Source of the DNA: Torpedo marmorata
Taxonomy: Eukaryota
NCBI GenBank assembly: GCA_977017645.1
Contig: OZ360233.1
Span: 71,982,001 to 72,046,000 of the forward strand
DNA: 64,000 nt
Direction: 5' to 3'
The first letter of the stretch is position 1, and the number at the start of each line of letters is the position of its first letter. Positions 13,071 to 26,639 of the stretch are shown here, piece by piece. The position numbers and the translations under genes were made by a program. The notes beneath the pieces were generated by a model. It made no database searches, was not told the origin of the DNA, and saw nothing but the letters and a program-made list of their open reading frames with translations.

Positions 13071-13448
13071 CAGTGGTTTTCAAACTGTCCCCCTAAACTC
13101 ACATTCCACCTTGAGCAATCCCTATGCCATAGATGCTCTGTGATTAGTAAGGGATTGCTTAAGGTGGTATGTGAGTGGGAAGGGAAGGTTGAGAACCACT
13201 GCTCTTGACCCAATTGTTACTGAAATATTTTGCTTGAGAAAAATTGACATTGGTTCATTTCCTTTGGAGTTATGAAACCGTGCACATAACGAGTCAATTA
13301 AGTTACGATTAAAACAGTGGTTTTCAAACCTTTTTCTTTCCACTCACATACCACCTTAAGCAATCCCTTACTAATCACAGAGCACTTATGGCATAGGGAT
13401 TGCTTAAAGTGGAATGTGAGTTTAGGGGGGGCAGTTTGAAAACCACTG
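13071..13448. mobile_element. Composite palindromic hAT Charlie-like MITE
   Basis: Two ~131-bp CAGTGGTT...AACCACTG units in inverted orientation (13071-13201, 13315-13448) around a ~113-bp spacer; flanks atctaaat / attctaaa resemble the Charlie NTCTARAN target. Confidence 0.8.
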
Positions 13449-15098
13449 ATTCTAAAGTCTTGCAATTGCTGTCCTGATTATAGTGAAGGAATGGTTTTTA
13501 TGTGGGCTTTTTTGAGAAAACAAAGGCTGTGGTTAAGAAGCAGGAGTGATTTGAGAAAGCAACTCCAATCACCAAGGACAAGCAACCCCTCTGTATTTTG
13601 GATGGCAGTGAGTAGATGGAGTTCTTGTTTAGCTCGTAGACTAAAATTGTGAGCAAGGTCCTCAGAAGACCAAGCACTTTGCAGAGTCTAATTTCAAACT
13701 TGTTGCCTTTCTGTACATTTTGTAATTGGAAGCAAATTGCACTTTTGGTTTTCTGTTCATGAATGCCATTTGAAGATTAACATTTTCCATTCTGTTATGT
13801 CAATCATCAGTATCTTTGCTGCCTATGTCAGATGTGAAAAAGGTTCCTCCCAGCTATGGCATATACTACGGTTAACAATGTCATGTAATTTACTAGTGAC
13901 TTGATGTGAAGTTCAGTGGTGAGTGTTGCGGTCTCACTACTTGAGAGAACTATGTCTGATTTTTCACACCCTCTAGTGCTGGCCTTGTTCTTGTGGGTTT
14001 CCTCCTGTATGCCAAGGAAATGCTGATGGGTGAACTGGCTGCTGTAAAGAGGCACATGTGGGTGGGTGGAGAGTTGGGAGGAGAGCTGTGGTTGTCAAGG
14101 GAGGTGGTGACCAGGGGAATGAGCCTGGGATGCTTTGAGACACACAATGGACTTGCGGGTTGAACGGCTGCCTCTTGTGACAAATGGTATGAAGTACTGA
14201 GCCAAGGTGTCACTTGTAAGTGGTCCTTGTACTAAACGTTTGTTCGGTGTCCTTGTGTATGGATTAACATGTTCAGAATGGGCTGCAGGATGTGTAAGCT
14301 GTTGTACTGATTCTGGCTGTTAAAGGTTTGGAGATTGCAGCATGTCTAAATGTTGAAGAATTGGGATATTAAGTTGGTTTTGGTGGTCATCTCAGTGAGG
14401 TGAAGCTACCACTTTTTAAACCCTACACTGTCATTGAGTAATGCAGCATAGGAAACAGCCACTGAGTTCACACTGATCATCGACCACCTATTTGTACTCA
14501 TCCGACAATAATCCCATATTTTTCCATTCTCGATGTCCTGGCAAGAGGTAAAATCTCAGCGACGATTTATGATGACCAATGAACCTACCAACCTCTGCAG
14601 GAGCAACACTGGAGCACCACAGAGAAACCTGCACAGTCAGAGAGAACATACAAACTCTGTGCCTGTGGTCAGGATTAAATCCAGGTCTCTGCTGTGAGGC
14701 AATGACTGCGAGCTGGAAGCACCACTGATGTTCATCTGAAGGTTGAATCAGTCATACAAATGCATACATTCTGTGCTGTTGTAAAATGATATTGCCATTT
14801 TGAATATTTAAGAATTGTGGCATCCATAATTTAAAAAATTCCTTCCTTTGGGGTCTTCTTTCTGACCTTGTTCCCAGCACAATTTTGAGGCTTTAAAGCC
14901 CAAAGCATGGCTGGCCTCTTCATACTGCACCCACTTTGTTATGTATTTGGCCTTTGTAACCTTTTGTGCATTGATCTTTGCAACTAGATTTTCAACTTGT
15001 AGAAACTGGTAGTCTTTCAACTGTTACAAATCTTGGTGTCCGTTATTAGTGATGGAATCCAGAGAATACTATTGTAATGATTTGCTTTGCATTTGTAG

Positions 15099-15153
15099 GA
15101 AATAAAACTGACCTGGAAAAGGATCGTAATGTGTTAATTGAAGAAGCAGAGGC
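15099..15153 (+). CDS. RAB21: RAB21-like exon 5 (GNKTDLEKDRNVLIEEAEA)
   Basis: NKxD G4 motif; ttgtag| acceptor, GC|GTATGT donor; phases match flanking exons. Confidence 0.94.
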
Positions 15154-15489
15154 GTATGTATTGGGCACAGAACAGAACCTTGTGTTGGGTGGGTAGTGGT
15201 TTACTGGGTGTGGAAACTGGAACTAATTGTTGTAGTTCATTGAAGGTAAGATGAGCAACTTCTTGACAGATGCTTGTTGCAGATGGAGGCCATTTGACCT
15301 GTTGGGTCCATGCTGGCCCCAGCAGAGGAATCCCATCATTTAAATTTTAAATTTCCCATTCCTTTTTCAGTGTCACCTTAACGTGTTCTCTTGCATGCTC
15401 ATCGACTCCCTTTTGGCCAATTACCTACACTTGCCTTCTTCCACTCCCTAGTTTTCTTCCGCCTCTAAGTTTTAAACTCTTCTAAATCT

Positions 15490-15891
15490 GGGGGGAAAAA
15501 AAACTGTGATGATTAACCTTGTCTATGCCACTTGTGATCTTGTACACTTCTACAAGTTACCCCTCCATTTCTATGCTGTAGGGAAGAAAGCCCCAGTCTT
15601 GTAGCTTAAGCCCTCCAGTACCAGTAATATCCTCATGAATTTTGTTGTACCCTTTGTTTAATGATGTGCTTATTATGAGCAAGGTGATCAGGACTGAGCA
15701 CAATATAGCAAATGTGGCCTTGCCAACATCTTGTACAGAAGGTACATGACGTCTCAATGCTCTGACCAATGAAGAAAGTGCCAAACCCCATCTACGTGTG
15801 TCACCGCTTTCGGGGAACCATGTACCTCTATCCATAGGTCTCTCAGCTTTGCATCACTCTCCAGGACCCTACCATTTAACATGAAAGTCTT
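15490..15891 (-). mobile_element. CR1 fragment (continues at 18090-18230 after the Penelope insertion)
   Basis: Degenerate CR1 RT C-terminal sequence, interrupted at ATGAAAGTCTT. Confidence 0.65.
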
Positions 15892-17249
15892 TCTCCAGGT
15901 CAAAGGGGTAGCCATTGGTACCCACGTGGGCCCCAGCTATGCCTGCCTTTTTGTTGGCTACGTGGAGCAATCCATACTACAAGCCTACACAGGCAAGGCC
16001 CCTCAACCCTTCCTCTGCTACATCGACGACTACTTTGATGCTGCCTCATGCACCCATGATGAGCTCACTGACTTCATCCACTTTGCAGCCAACTTCCACG
16101 CTGACCTCAAATTCACTTCACTTATCTTCAGCAACACTCTCCCTTTCCTCGATCTCTCTCTCTCTCTCTCCATCTTGCGAGACAATCTCTCGACAGATAT
16201 TTTTTACACCCACTCCCACAGCTACCTCGACTACACCTCTTCCCACCCTGTCCCCTGTAAGGATTCCATTCCATTCTCTCAATTCCTCTGTATCTGTTTC
16301 ATCTGCACCCAGGATGTGGACTTCCATGCCAGATCATCAGAGATGTCGTCCTTCTTCAAACAACGTGGCTTTCCCTCTATCACTATCAACTCGGCCCTCA
16401 CCCACATATCCTCCATTACCTGTACATCTGCCCTGGCCCCCTCTGCCCCCACGCACAAGGACAGGATTCCTCTTGTCCTCACCTATCACCCCTCCAGCCT
16501 CTGCATCCAACACATCCTCCTCCGCCATTTCTGCCACCTACTACTATGTGATCCCACCACTAGACACATTCCCCTCTGCCTTCTGCAGGAACCGCTCCCT
16601 CTGTGACTCCCTTGTCCACTCCTCTATCCCCCCCAATTGTTCCCTTGGTAACTACCCCTGTGACCGCAGATGCTCCCACGCCCACACCTCGCTCACCACC
16701 ATTCGGGGCCCCAAACAGTCCTTCCAAGTGAAGCAGCATTTCACTTGTGAATCTGCAGGTGTCATCTACTGTATCCGGTGCTCCCGCTGTGGTCTCCTCT
16801 ACGTCGGAGACTGGGTGCAGACTGGGAGATTGCTTTGTTGAGCACCTTGGCTCTGTCCGCCGCAATAGCGTGGATCTCCCAGTGGCCACCCATTTCAATT
16901 CCCCATCCTATTCCCTTGCTGTCATGTCTGTTCATGGTCTCGTGCACTGCCAGACTGAGACCACCCGCAAATTGGACGAACAACACCTCATCTTCCGACT
17001 GGGCACCCTCCAACCAGATGGCATTAATATCGACGACTTTGGCTTTGGTTAAATACCACCCCCCTCACTTGTTCCCCGTCGCCTTCCCCCAGCTGTGTCT
17101 CTCCCTTTTCCCTGTCTCCTTTCGCACAGACATAATCAATTCTCACCTCTCCCCCTTATATCCAATTAACACCTTTTGTTGGTCTGAACTCTTCCCCCAG
17201 CTAGCATGGTCTGTATTCTTAGATTTCCTGTTTTTCACTCATTCTGCTT

Positions 17250-17290
17250 ATTCTTTGAAGAAGGGCTCAGGCCTGAAACATCAGTAATAC
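17250..17290 (+). ncRNA. Degenerate minimal hammerhead-ribozyme motif in the Penelope terminal repeat
   Basis: TTGAAGA-A-GGGCTCAGGCCT-GAAACATC versus the core CUGANGA-stem II-GAAACGUH; PLE terminal repeats are known to carry minimal hammerheads. Confidence 0.5.
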
Positions 17291-17295
17291 TGTAT

Positions 17296-17992
17296 ATCAG
17301 AATTTATTGTCATGAACAAGTCATGAAATTCGGTGTTTTGCGGCAGCATCATAGTGCAAACATTCATATTATAACCATCTTACAACATTACTATAAAAAA
17401 TAATAGTGCATGAAAAGTGAGGCAGTGTCTTTGGTTCATTGATTATTCAGGAATCTGATGGCAGCGGGGAAGAAGCTGTCCTTGTGCAGTTGAGTGCTCG
17501 TCTTTAGGCTCCTGTACCTTTTTCCCGATGGTAGCAGAGTGAAGAGGGCATGGCCTGGGTGGTGGGGGTCTTTGAGGATAGAGGCTGCTTTTTTTTAAGA
17601 CACCGCCTCATGTAGATGTCCTCGATGGAGTGAAGTCTGATGCCTGTGATGTCACAGGCCGAATTAACAACCCTCGAATTTATTCTTGTCCTGAGAGTTG
17701 GCGCCTCCATACCAGGCAGTGATGCAACCAGCCAGAATGCTCTCCACGGTACACCTGTAGACGTTTACAAGTCTTCGGTGACATAACCGAATCTCCTCAG
17801 ACACCTCACAAAGTATAGCCACTGGCGAGCCTTCTTTGCGATTGCATCAACATGGAGGCTCCAGGACAGATCCTCGGAAATGTTGACACCCAGGAATTTG
17901 AAGTTCTTGACCCTCTCCACTACTGAGCCCTCGATAAGGACTGGGTCGTGTTCCCCTGACTTCCTCCTGAAGTCCACAATCATCTCCTTGGT
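17296..17992 (-). mobile_element. Rex1/Babar LINE 3' fragment nested in the Penelope element
   Basis: MIVDFRR...FKFLGVNISEDLSW...ARQWLYF; tail catgacaataaattctga on -. Confidence 0.85.
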
Positions 17993-18689
17993 TCCTGTCT
18001 CCTATGGACGCTGAAAGACCAGCTGAGTTCCTCCAGCACTTTGGTGTATTTTTATTACAATCACAGCATCTGCACTTGTTTCGTTCAGTATGAAAGTCTT
18101 GCCATAGTTTGACTGGCCAAAATTCAACATCTTGCACCCCTTATCCAAATTAATCTCCATCTGCCACTCCTTGGTGCACTTGACTTAGTTGATCAAGCTC
18201 TTGTAATCTTGGATAAGTATTCTCACATTCCTATAAATTATAAGAATGAAGTAGCTCATTTCCTTTTATTTTCAGTTTAAACTAGTTTTGGATGTGAGAT
18301 GTGCTCTTGGTGCTGAATTACCAATAACACCGACAGGACTTGAATCTTAAATACCGACTGTTGTGCAGAAATGTTTCTTCGGAATAATATATTCCAGTGA
18401 ATTGCTTTAAATTAGTACTTCTGATTTATTTCTTGTACTTCACAATCTTTATGCTGCATGCATTTAAATGAGGACCCACTTTTATTTGGAACACCGAACT
18501 GATTACAAGAATGAGTGTCTGTCTTCTGAATATAATTGTTCAGTAGCAAGTATTTATCAGATAACTTCACATGATGCTGTCTCAGAATAGTGATTTTTTT
18601 TTTCATTTTGGGGGGGTTTTAAATAGTTGGGTCTCCTGATTAAAAGTGTTTTAATGAATGTCCTTCCCTCTCCCCTTCCCCCACCTTAG

Positions 18690-18778
18690 CTATACAACAT
18701 CAGTAGGAGCAAAACACTTTCACACCTCTGCCAAGACGAACCAAGGCATTGAGGAACTCTTTCTTCATATCTGCAAAA
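18690..18778 (+). CDS. RAB21: RAB21-like exon 6 (YTTSVGAKHFHTSAKTNQGIEELFLHICK)
   Basis: TSAK G5 motif; pyrimidine tract + ttag| acceptor, A|GTGAG donor. Confidence 0.95.
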
Positions 18779-19731
18779 GTGAGTATTTTCCCTAAACATT
18801 AGTTCTGTAATTAAAAATTTTTAAAAATAATGCTGAGGGAAAAAAAAACTCAGCAGGTCAGGCAGCATCTGTGGGAAGTGAAATTGTTGATGTTTTGGGT
18901 CGTAGAACTGAAAAAAGTAGGAAATGGGTTAGTACAAGTAGCAGGCTAAATGAGAAGCCTGCAGATGCTGGAGAACTGGAACAACACTAAAACATTCTGG
19001 AGGAACTCAGCAGGTCATGCAGCATCCATGGAAAGCAACTGGCAGTTGACGTTTCAGGCCTGAGCTCTGAAATGAGACCTGCCAAGTTCCTCCAGAACTT
19101 TTTAAAGTATATATAGCAGGGAAGGGAAATGTGTGGAACAAAGAATTTCTCTGATGGGATAGAATAACGTGGCCATTGAGGGGCAGTTAAATTCCTTTTG
19201 TGTAATGTTGCAGTGTATATATCAAGTGAGTTGTCTTAAGCTAATATTTGGATTCCAGATTTTTTTCTGTAATGTTTTGTCTACCACTGGCTTTTTGTTT
19301 TTACCTTTTTAGGTGCTGCTTAAAACTTGCCTATTTGACCAAGTGACCTGACCTAATTTCTGACTGCTAATGTCCCAAAGCAATTCACTGGAACAATTTT
19401 TTGTAATACAAATGCATGTTGTCCCTGTACATGGTTCAGATGTTGGCACATTCTTATTCCAATCTTGCTTTGTCGACATTTAAAATTACAGGCACCCTCT
19501 CTCTTGTGTTACAGCCTTTTGGGTTACAGAAATGCATCTTGTAGAATTCACATATCATTTGGGGATGGGATAAAATTCTCATGGAATTTGTGGCAGATGG
19601 GAGTAAATCGGTGTAATTTATTTTTTTCAACTGGTTTGATGAACGTGCAAACTTGTAACCTGAGGTCGATGCTCTTGACCCTGTTCTTATCTACCTTGGG
19701 ACTAATTTGCTGTGTCTTCTCTCTTTTCCAG

Positions 19732-19865
19732 AGATGCTTGAAGTTGCCCAGGCAGAAGAAGCAGCAAGAGAGAGTGATTCTGCTCGGATAAGCAGTTCAA
19801 GGCGGGGGATACAGATCATTGATGATGAGCCAGTGCCGCGAAGCAGTGGAAGTTGCTGCTCTTAA
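19732..19865 (+). CDS. RAB21: RAB21-like exon 7, terminal (KMLEVAQAEEAARESDSARISSSRRGIQIIDDEPVPRSSGSCCS*)
   Basis: ttttccag| acceptor; RRGxQIIDDEP Rab21 tail motif; CC geranylgeranylation motif; TAA 19863-19865; total CDS 642 nt = 213 aa. Confidence 0.95.
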
Positions 19866-21084
19866 ACCAAAGCTTGCCACAGCTGAGAATGAGATTGCAG
19901 TGATTTGGGACACTGGATGTGATGAGACTCATTAACAAACAATAGCAACAGAATTAACAAGGGGAAGGTGGCATTTAGGATGTTGTAGTTGAGTTGATGG
20001 TGAAAGAATATCTATTGCTTTCTCTGGTTGAGGAGGTATTATTTGTAGTTAAGTACTGGCAAAAAAACATGCTTCTGCTGGACTTTAAAGGAAAAAAAAG
20101 CAGCGGCTGTTTTGGGAACTGGATCAAACGATGGAAAAAGTGTGGCCCACACAAGGTGGGGTTTTGTAAAAGTATGGTTGCATATCTAGAAAGTAGGTCA
20201 GAGGACAACATCCTGCCAGTGTAGCATAATGTAATATTCTGACTGCAAGGAGCTTGAATTCCATATAATCCTTGAACTGGTTATCTTCAGCAGGATTTGC
20301 AGGTGGCACACTGCAGGTATTCTTGGTGATTTGCGTAGCATGTGTTGCTTCTCGATTATTTGTGCTTAAGCCAGTTTTTGTAGAACACCCAACACAAGCT
20401 GGTAAAACAAGGTGCCTCGTCCTAGCACGAGACATGTTTTGTAAACATGGTCAGTTACTACTTTTTTAGGTGACTAATGGCAATTTGCCTGACACTTTTT
20501 TTTCCAATTGCACATGTAGCACTTTAATTTATTGCACATTCTATTTCTGCAGTCTTTTGGGCAGGGTTGGCTTGAGTTAGTGCCATTAAGTTTGTTTACT
20601 GTTGAAATGTCTTGCATTGTTTTGAGCTGCACACCATGAACCACATAATCAGTGATATATCAGCACATAATTTCATCTCGTGTTCCAAAAGAATCCCAAA
20701 TAAATGACCAATTCTCTAGTTGTGTTCAAAATAACCTAAATATCTAATGTTTGCAACAAAAAAAGATTCCAGTGATTACACTTTTCATATTACTGCAAAT
20801 ATACTTTACACACTGCAGTGATTCTAGTTCCTTAAAGTTTGTGATTGAGTAAACAGGATCAAAATAACTCTTTCCTGGACAGAGTATCTGAAGTTTTACT
20901 GATACTTGTTGAATGTATTTATTGGCCTAACTTGTGCAGTGGTGATACCCTCTGATAATGATCTTGAACCATAACTTTGACCGTTTATTCAAAATGGAAA
21001 TCTATCTCGAAACCATGTGCATTTTTTTTTAAAGTTGAGGCTAATGCTTTGTCCATGTCACCTGCATTTTGTCACATTTGAAAC

Positions 21085-21090
21085 AATAAA
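21085..21090 (+). terminator. Likely RAB21 poly(A) signal (3' UTR ~1.2 kb)
   Basis: AATAAA near the end of the repeat-free stretch after the stop, followed by T/GT-rich sequence. Confidence 0.5.
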
Positions 21091-21479
21091 TGACTTGCTT
21101 TTAAATTTAACTGGTTTATTCAGTCATGTTTTTCCCACAAACTTAGTGGAATGCAAAGCATGCTGATTGGTTTCTATCAGGTGGATAATTTGTTGTGCAC
21201 GTTTTGAATAACATTTGGATCTGGTTTAAATTCCACTTGACCAGTTATCCCAATAACATAAGATCTGAGTCCTTGTGGACAGATTGGTTCTGATTTTCAT
21301 GCATTTGTATTTTTCACTTTTTCTGTCTTTCGTTCTGCTTGTCATTGCCAACCCACATGCTATTTCTCACTGAATGGAGGATATTGTCTGCTGTGATGCA
21401 GTACATGAGCATTTTGTCTCATCCCATGCTCAACAGCTCAAAAACATCATCTACCTTTGCTTCATGATTTTGTGAACTT

Positions 21480-22900
21480 CCATTAGCCTCTGAATTTGTT
21501 TGACCTGTAGCTGATACTCTAATCCAGGCAACATCTTGGTGAACCTCTTCAGCATCCTCTCAAGCCTCCAGATCCTTCCTGTAGTACAGTGACCAGAACC
21601 ATAGAACAATTACAGCACAGAAACAGGCCACTTCGGCCCCTCTAGTATGTGCCAAACCACTTTTTCTTGCCTCGTCCCACTAACCTGCACTCAATCCATA
21701 GCCCTCCATACCTCTCCCATCCATATACCTGTCCAAATTTCCCTTAAATGTTAAAATCGAGCCCGCATCTACCACTTCAGCTGGAAGCTCATTCCACACT
21801 CCCACCACTGAGTGAAGAAGTTCCCCTTTCACCCTTAACCCATGTCCTCTTGTTTGAATCTCACCTACCCTCAATGGAAAAAGCCTATCTACATTTACTC
21901 TGTCTATCCCCCTCATAATTTTAAATACCTCTATCAAATCTCCCCTCATTCTTCTACTCTCCAGAAAGGCACACAATATTCCAAATGTGGCCTAACAAAG
22001 TTTTGTACTGCTGCAACATCCCAACTCTTGTATAAATGACCCTACTGCTGAAGATAAGTCTGCCTTGTGCCTATATACTTGTGTGGCTGCCTTCAGGGAA
22101 CCTGATTCTTACCACACAATCCTTCTGTATATTAATACTCCTAAGGCTCCTGCCACTTTCTGTATACTCTCCCTTGTGTTTGACATCCCAAAGTGCAACA
22201 CCTCACTTCTCCCAGATAAACGTCTGCAATTTCTCTGCCCATATCTCCAACTGATCTGTATATTTTGACAACTCCACCAATTTTTGAATTTGCAAACTTA
22301 AAATCAGCCATCAACAATTCAAATATCAGAGGTCCCCAGCAGTGATTTCTTGCAGAACACCACTGGTCACAGACCTCTGGTCAGAATAATACCCCATTGC
22401 CACTGTCCTCTGACTTCTATGGCCAAGCCAATTTTGAATCAATTGCACCAAACTGCTGTGGATCCAATGCATGTTCACCTTCTACATCAGCCTGCCACAT
22501 TGTAGCTTGTCAAATAGCTTAGTTATTGTAGACCACATCCACTGTAATGCTTCAATCTTTGTCATCTCATCAAAAAATAGAGATTAATTTTGTCAGTCAT
22601 GATCTGCCCTACAGATCATTCCCAGATGCATCCTTATCAATAACTATCTTAAAAGCTGAGGAGTTATGACCACTTTTCTAAAATATTCTCCAATTGAAAC
22701 ACCAATCACTTGGCCACGCTCATTTAACAATATAAGGTGTAGCATAACCCCGTCCCTGGATGGACCATCTACAAAACTCTGTTGGATGCTCCGAACAAAT
22801 TCTGCCTCATCTAAACCACTTGCATGAAGGGAGTTCCCAGTCACTGTTGCCCACTATGACAACCCTGTTGCTTTTGCTGGTTTTCCATAATCTGCCTACA
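21480..22900 (-). mobile_element. Cluster of CR1 fragments between the two genes
   Basis: ORF 21680-21976 (RRMRGDLIEVFKIMRG...VVGVWNELP) is a CR1 C-terminus; older fragments flank it. Confidence 0.8.
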
Positions 22901-24336
22901 TTCGCTGATGGTTGATTCAGTCTATATTTGGAATGACACCACAGCATCTATTTTGTTTGCCATCAATCATGTCCATGTCAGGACACCTTTTCGACCAAAG
23001 TTGAATACCCAAACCTAGACTGTGAAATATAACGTATAATCTTTGTAGGATTCTAATGTTTTCACTGGTGTGTGGTCTGATTCCAGTTGGGAATATAAAT
23101 TCTCAATCTGGAAGGAGAAAGTAAATCTCCAAACTACCTCCACAACTAGCCTTTTTAAATGAATGCTATATAGGCTCAGGACTAAGTGCTCTGATAGATC
23201 TTGAATTATTATAACTACATTTTGTTTTCTATTACTTTTTTGTATGTACAATTTGTACTGCATTGCAAAGTACAGAAAAAGACTTGGTTACCTGAAGTAG
23301 GCTCCAATGGTAAAGGGCAAACCTTCAATGCTCACATTTGATACCAAGTATAGGTTGAGCTGTAAGCAAACCCTACATTTTCCCCATAAAATGCATGCAA
23401 TGGAAACCAGTATTGAAGGAAAAATATTCATGCATTTGAGGCAAAACAAAAGGATTCTTACAGAATGACACCTAGTAAAATTTAATTCCAAAATAAAAAG
23501 TTTGTTCTAAATGTAAGGTAAACATTGTGAAAAGCATGATTCTCATCTTATGATTACTTGCTTCTATCATCAGTAACATGGTGTCATGATGTTGTTTTGC
23601 ACTTGCACAGACTAATTAACCTCAACTTGTGATCTTAAGATCTGTAGGTGGCATGTGAACAATGCTGGCCTTTTAAGGCTACAATGTGGGTTGCTATTCA
23701 GTTCACACTAGGAGAGTGAATCAAATGTGACACTAATGGAGATCCCCTGGGGTAATTAAATAAATTGTAGCATAGCAACACATACGAAGTGATGTTCTTC
23801 ATCTTATAGGGTCATTAACTAGTTGGGTGTGTATAATAAACTCAGCCAGTGGTCTACTTCTTGCATTGGAATAGTTAATTTGGCCAAAATTGTAGACATC
23901 AGTGGATTAACAGACAGGAAGTATTAAGGAGCAAGCTTTTAATATCAAGGTAATGATTGGGCTTGAGACAGAACAACTGTGTGCCAACTTTTTTTTGACC
24001 ATTCTTCACTAACCAAAATGCTGTGGGGATATTTAAACTTTTTTCTACTTAATTAAAACCTGTGCTAGTGTCTTCAGCAACTAATGCAAGCCCACTCAAT
24101 ATCTGACCAAAGAGCAATTTTAATACCATGCTAACAAGCTCTTATTTAAGATGATCAGAGCTTACTGTATTACTCCAAATGGTTCAACTGGAATTAATGG
24201 AAATGAGGAAATTGATTTTTTAATCACTTAACTTGAATCTTGCAGCAGAAAATTGCATCTTTGTTCAAATTAGACAAACTCAGCAAGTATGATCAAGATG
24301 TAAATGAGTCTTTCATAATAACTAAAATGGTATGGT

Positions 24337-24342
24337 TTTATT
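24337..24342 (-). terminator. Likely NFYA poly(A) signal (3' UTR ~2.3 kb)
   Basis: AATAAA on -, preceded by TGTA motifs, at the end of a long repeat-free AT-rich region. Confidence 0.5.
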
Positions 24343-26639
24343 AGCTGAACCACGTACACAGTACCTTTTCTCTACAGCTAAATTGAGATTCATGCTTACA
24401 AACCAAATGCCATATATAAAAAAAATTATAAATCTGTAACCTATATACAAAAACAAGTTGCACTCATTTTAATGCAATGGTTGAAATATTTATAACCTGC
24501 AACAATTAAAATGTTCTACCTGATATACAAAGCCCTTGAGACTGAGTTTCAGTAATACCCAGACACTGTAAAGTTAATTAATGCAAAGGTAAAATGGAAA
24601 TATGTGGCTGCCTGGATGTTTTTTTCGTGTGTATGGTTGAAAGTATTGCTTTAAGGATCAGAAAATCAGACTGATTTTTGGTGCCCCCCACCACTCAAAT
24701 AAAATCCATCAGGCTGCACAATTCTGTTTTTATGCTCTATTGCTGCCAAATAAGTCATGGTGAAGTACAAACATGGGCTATGTGTTGGGTAATTCTCCTT
24801 GAGTTCTACCCTCTCAATTTATGTTACACCAATATACACTTAAGATTTGCGGAGGTGGGATAGGAGATGCAGCAAAACCTCGTGTGAAATTGTAAATATT
24901 ATTCCCCTTACCATCCTGCTGACCTTGGTTAAGAGGTGTGCTATTTATCATCCCATTAGAGTTTAATGGACAAACTCACTATAAACAATCAATTGTTCCA
25001 AATTAATTTTGTATCCATTTTGCTATAAGAGACTTGTAAGGTTGTGAATTTGAAATCTGATTTATGGGTAAAAGACTTCTGGTCAAATATAAAAATTATT
25101 TCCTGGATTTTTAAACCAATCTTAATATCATACACTGCCTCCCTCCCAAGAAAATAGCTTGACTCCAACTTGCAAGGGTAAGGAGCAAGTGGTACATGAA
25201 TACTGCCATGTGCTTTAATGCTCAACATACATCCTTGAGGGCAGCTTTTTAATTCCCTTTTTCTAACGTTGTCTTAGCAACTAAGTATAATTGTAGTTCA
25301 AAGATGCAGCTCCAGTATTACTTGGATCCAAACTTCAGAACCTAAAGTCCTACATTTTAACATGCCATAAATGCCTCAGAAAATGAAACAACTTTTCTCT
25401 TTGAACTTGCACAAAAGGATGTAATTCTTTTTTTAAAAAAAAAAAAAGAATTGCTCAAGTATAAGCCAAATACTGCTTGCTAAAGAAAGTGTTCCATTTT
25501 GTTTGTATATGGGATGGAACTAGCATATGTCAAATAAAATGGTACCAATTTGGCAATAGTAGCACATGCAACCATGGACAATGGAAGTGGAACTTCATTA
25601 ATACAAGTTCCATTTTGTATTTAAATTTTAATGTTCCTTCCTCTCAAACCACAACCCATATAGGAGTACAAATTCATTGACAGCAGCCCACTTCTGCAAT
25701 CACTCCAGTTTCACACTTGGAATATGCAAGATAATTAAAGCTGGTATGTAATTTACCTGGAGTGCAGTATACTAGCTATCCTCACTCAACATTAGACATC
25801 AAGCAAGAGTAAGAACAGTAGAGAAATGCTCTGGGTTCTTTTTGATGAATGCATAGTTGTAACCAGGTTAAAATTGTCTCTTGTCTGCTGAACTTGGTGT
25901 TAGCTCCTATGCTACATTATTTACTATTCTATAACACATTGCCACACATTAAAAAAAAAATTTTTTGGTACATTATAATAATAATTAAAGAAATTAATTG
26001 CACCGCGCTTGCATTTTTTGTAAAATAAATTGTTCATCTTCCAAATGGGCTACTGTCTCACAGAGCAGTTTTTTGCGACATTTTACCAAGTATTTGCATG
26101 TACACAATGAATTTTCTTTTTTAAAAAAGCACTTGTACATTATCTCTTAATTAACAAACACTGGAAAACAAAATACAAAAATCATGTAATTTTCATAACA
26201 TACCATATGCATCAGCAAAACTCATTCCCTCCCTCATCCACAAGAGGATACATTAAATCCAGACATTCCATATTATCACCCCCCCACAAGGGGGGGGGGG
26301 TAATAAACTTATAGGACACCTTTTCTCCCAACCTCCTTAGAGTGGACAGTCAATTTCTCCTCGCTCTCAAACTAATGTAGACTACATACCATCATTAACT
26401 GAAAAGTTTTAATTTGTTTCCTCATTTGACCTAAACAAAGTTATTCAAGGTTCTTACTCTGTTGGTGTGTTTTGTCCCTGTTATACTCCAGTATATTAGG
26501 TTTAAATATAAAGTTCTGCAACAAAAGACTTTTTTTGCGGAGATCATTTTGTTATAAAACTCTGTTTCAGGAATGCAAGAATAGTGGACTGAGGGGAGAA
26601 CTTGGTTCTCATTTCAAAACAGCTGCATAAGGCAGAGAT

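Larger units (their letters stand above)
15892..18089 (+). mobile_element. 5'-truncated Penelope-like element (RT + GIY-YIG endonuclease, frameshifted)
   Basis: QVKGVAIGTHVGPSYACLF, YIDD, LPFLD RT motifs; FTCESAGVIYCIRCSRCGLLYVG GIY-YIG region; 11-bp TSD ATGAAAGTCTT at 15881-15891 and 18090-18100. Confidence 0.92.

Noticed and set aside
15881-16841. Longest ORFs in the track (241 and 308 aa) as a novel gene
   Set aside because: Frameshifted Penelope RT and GIY-YIG; the first ATG is part of the target-site duplication
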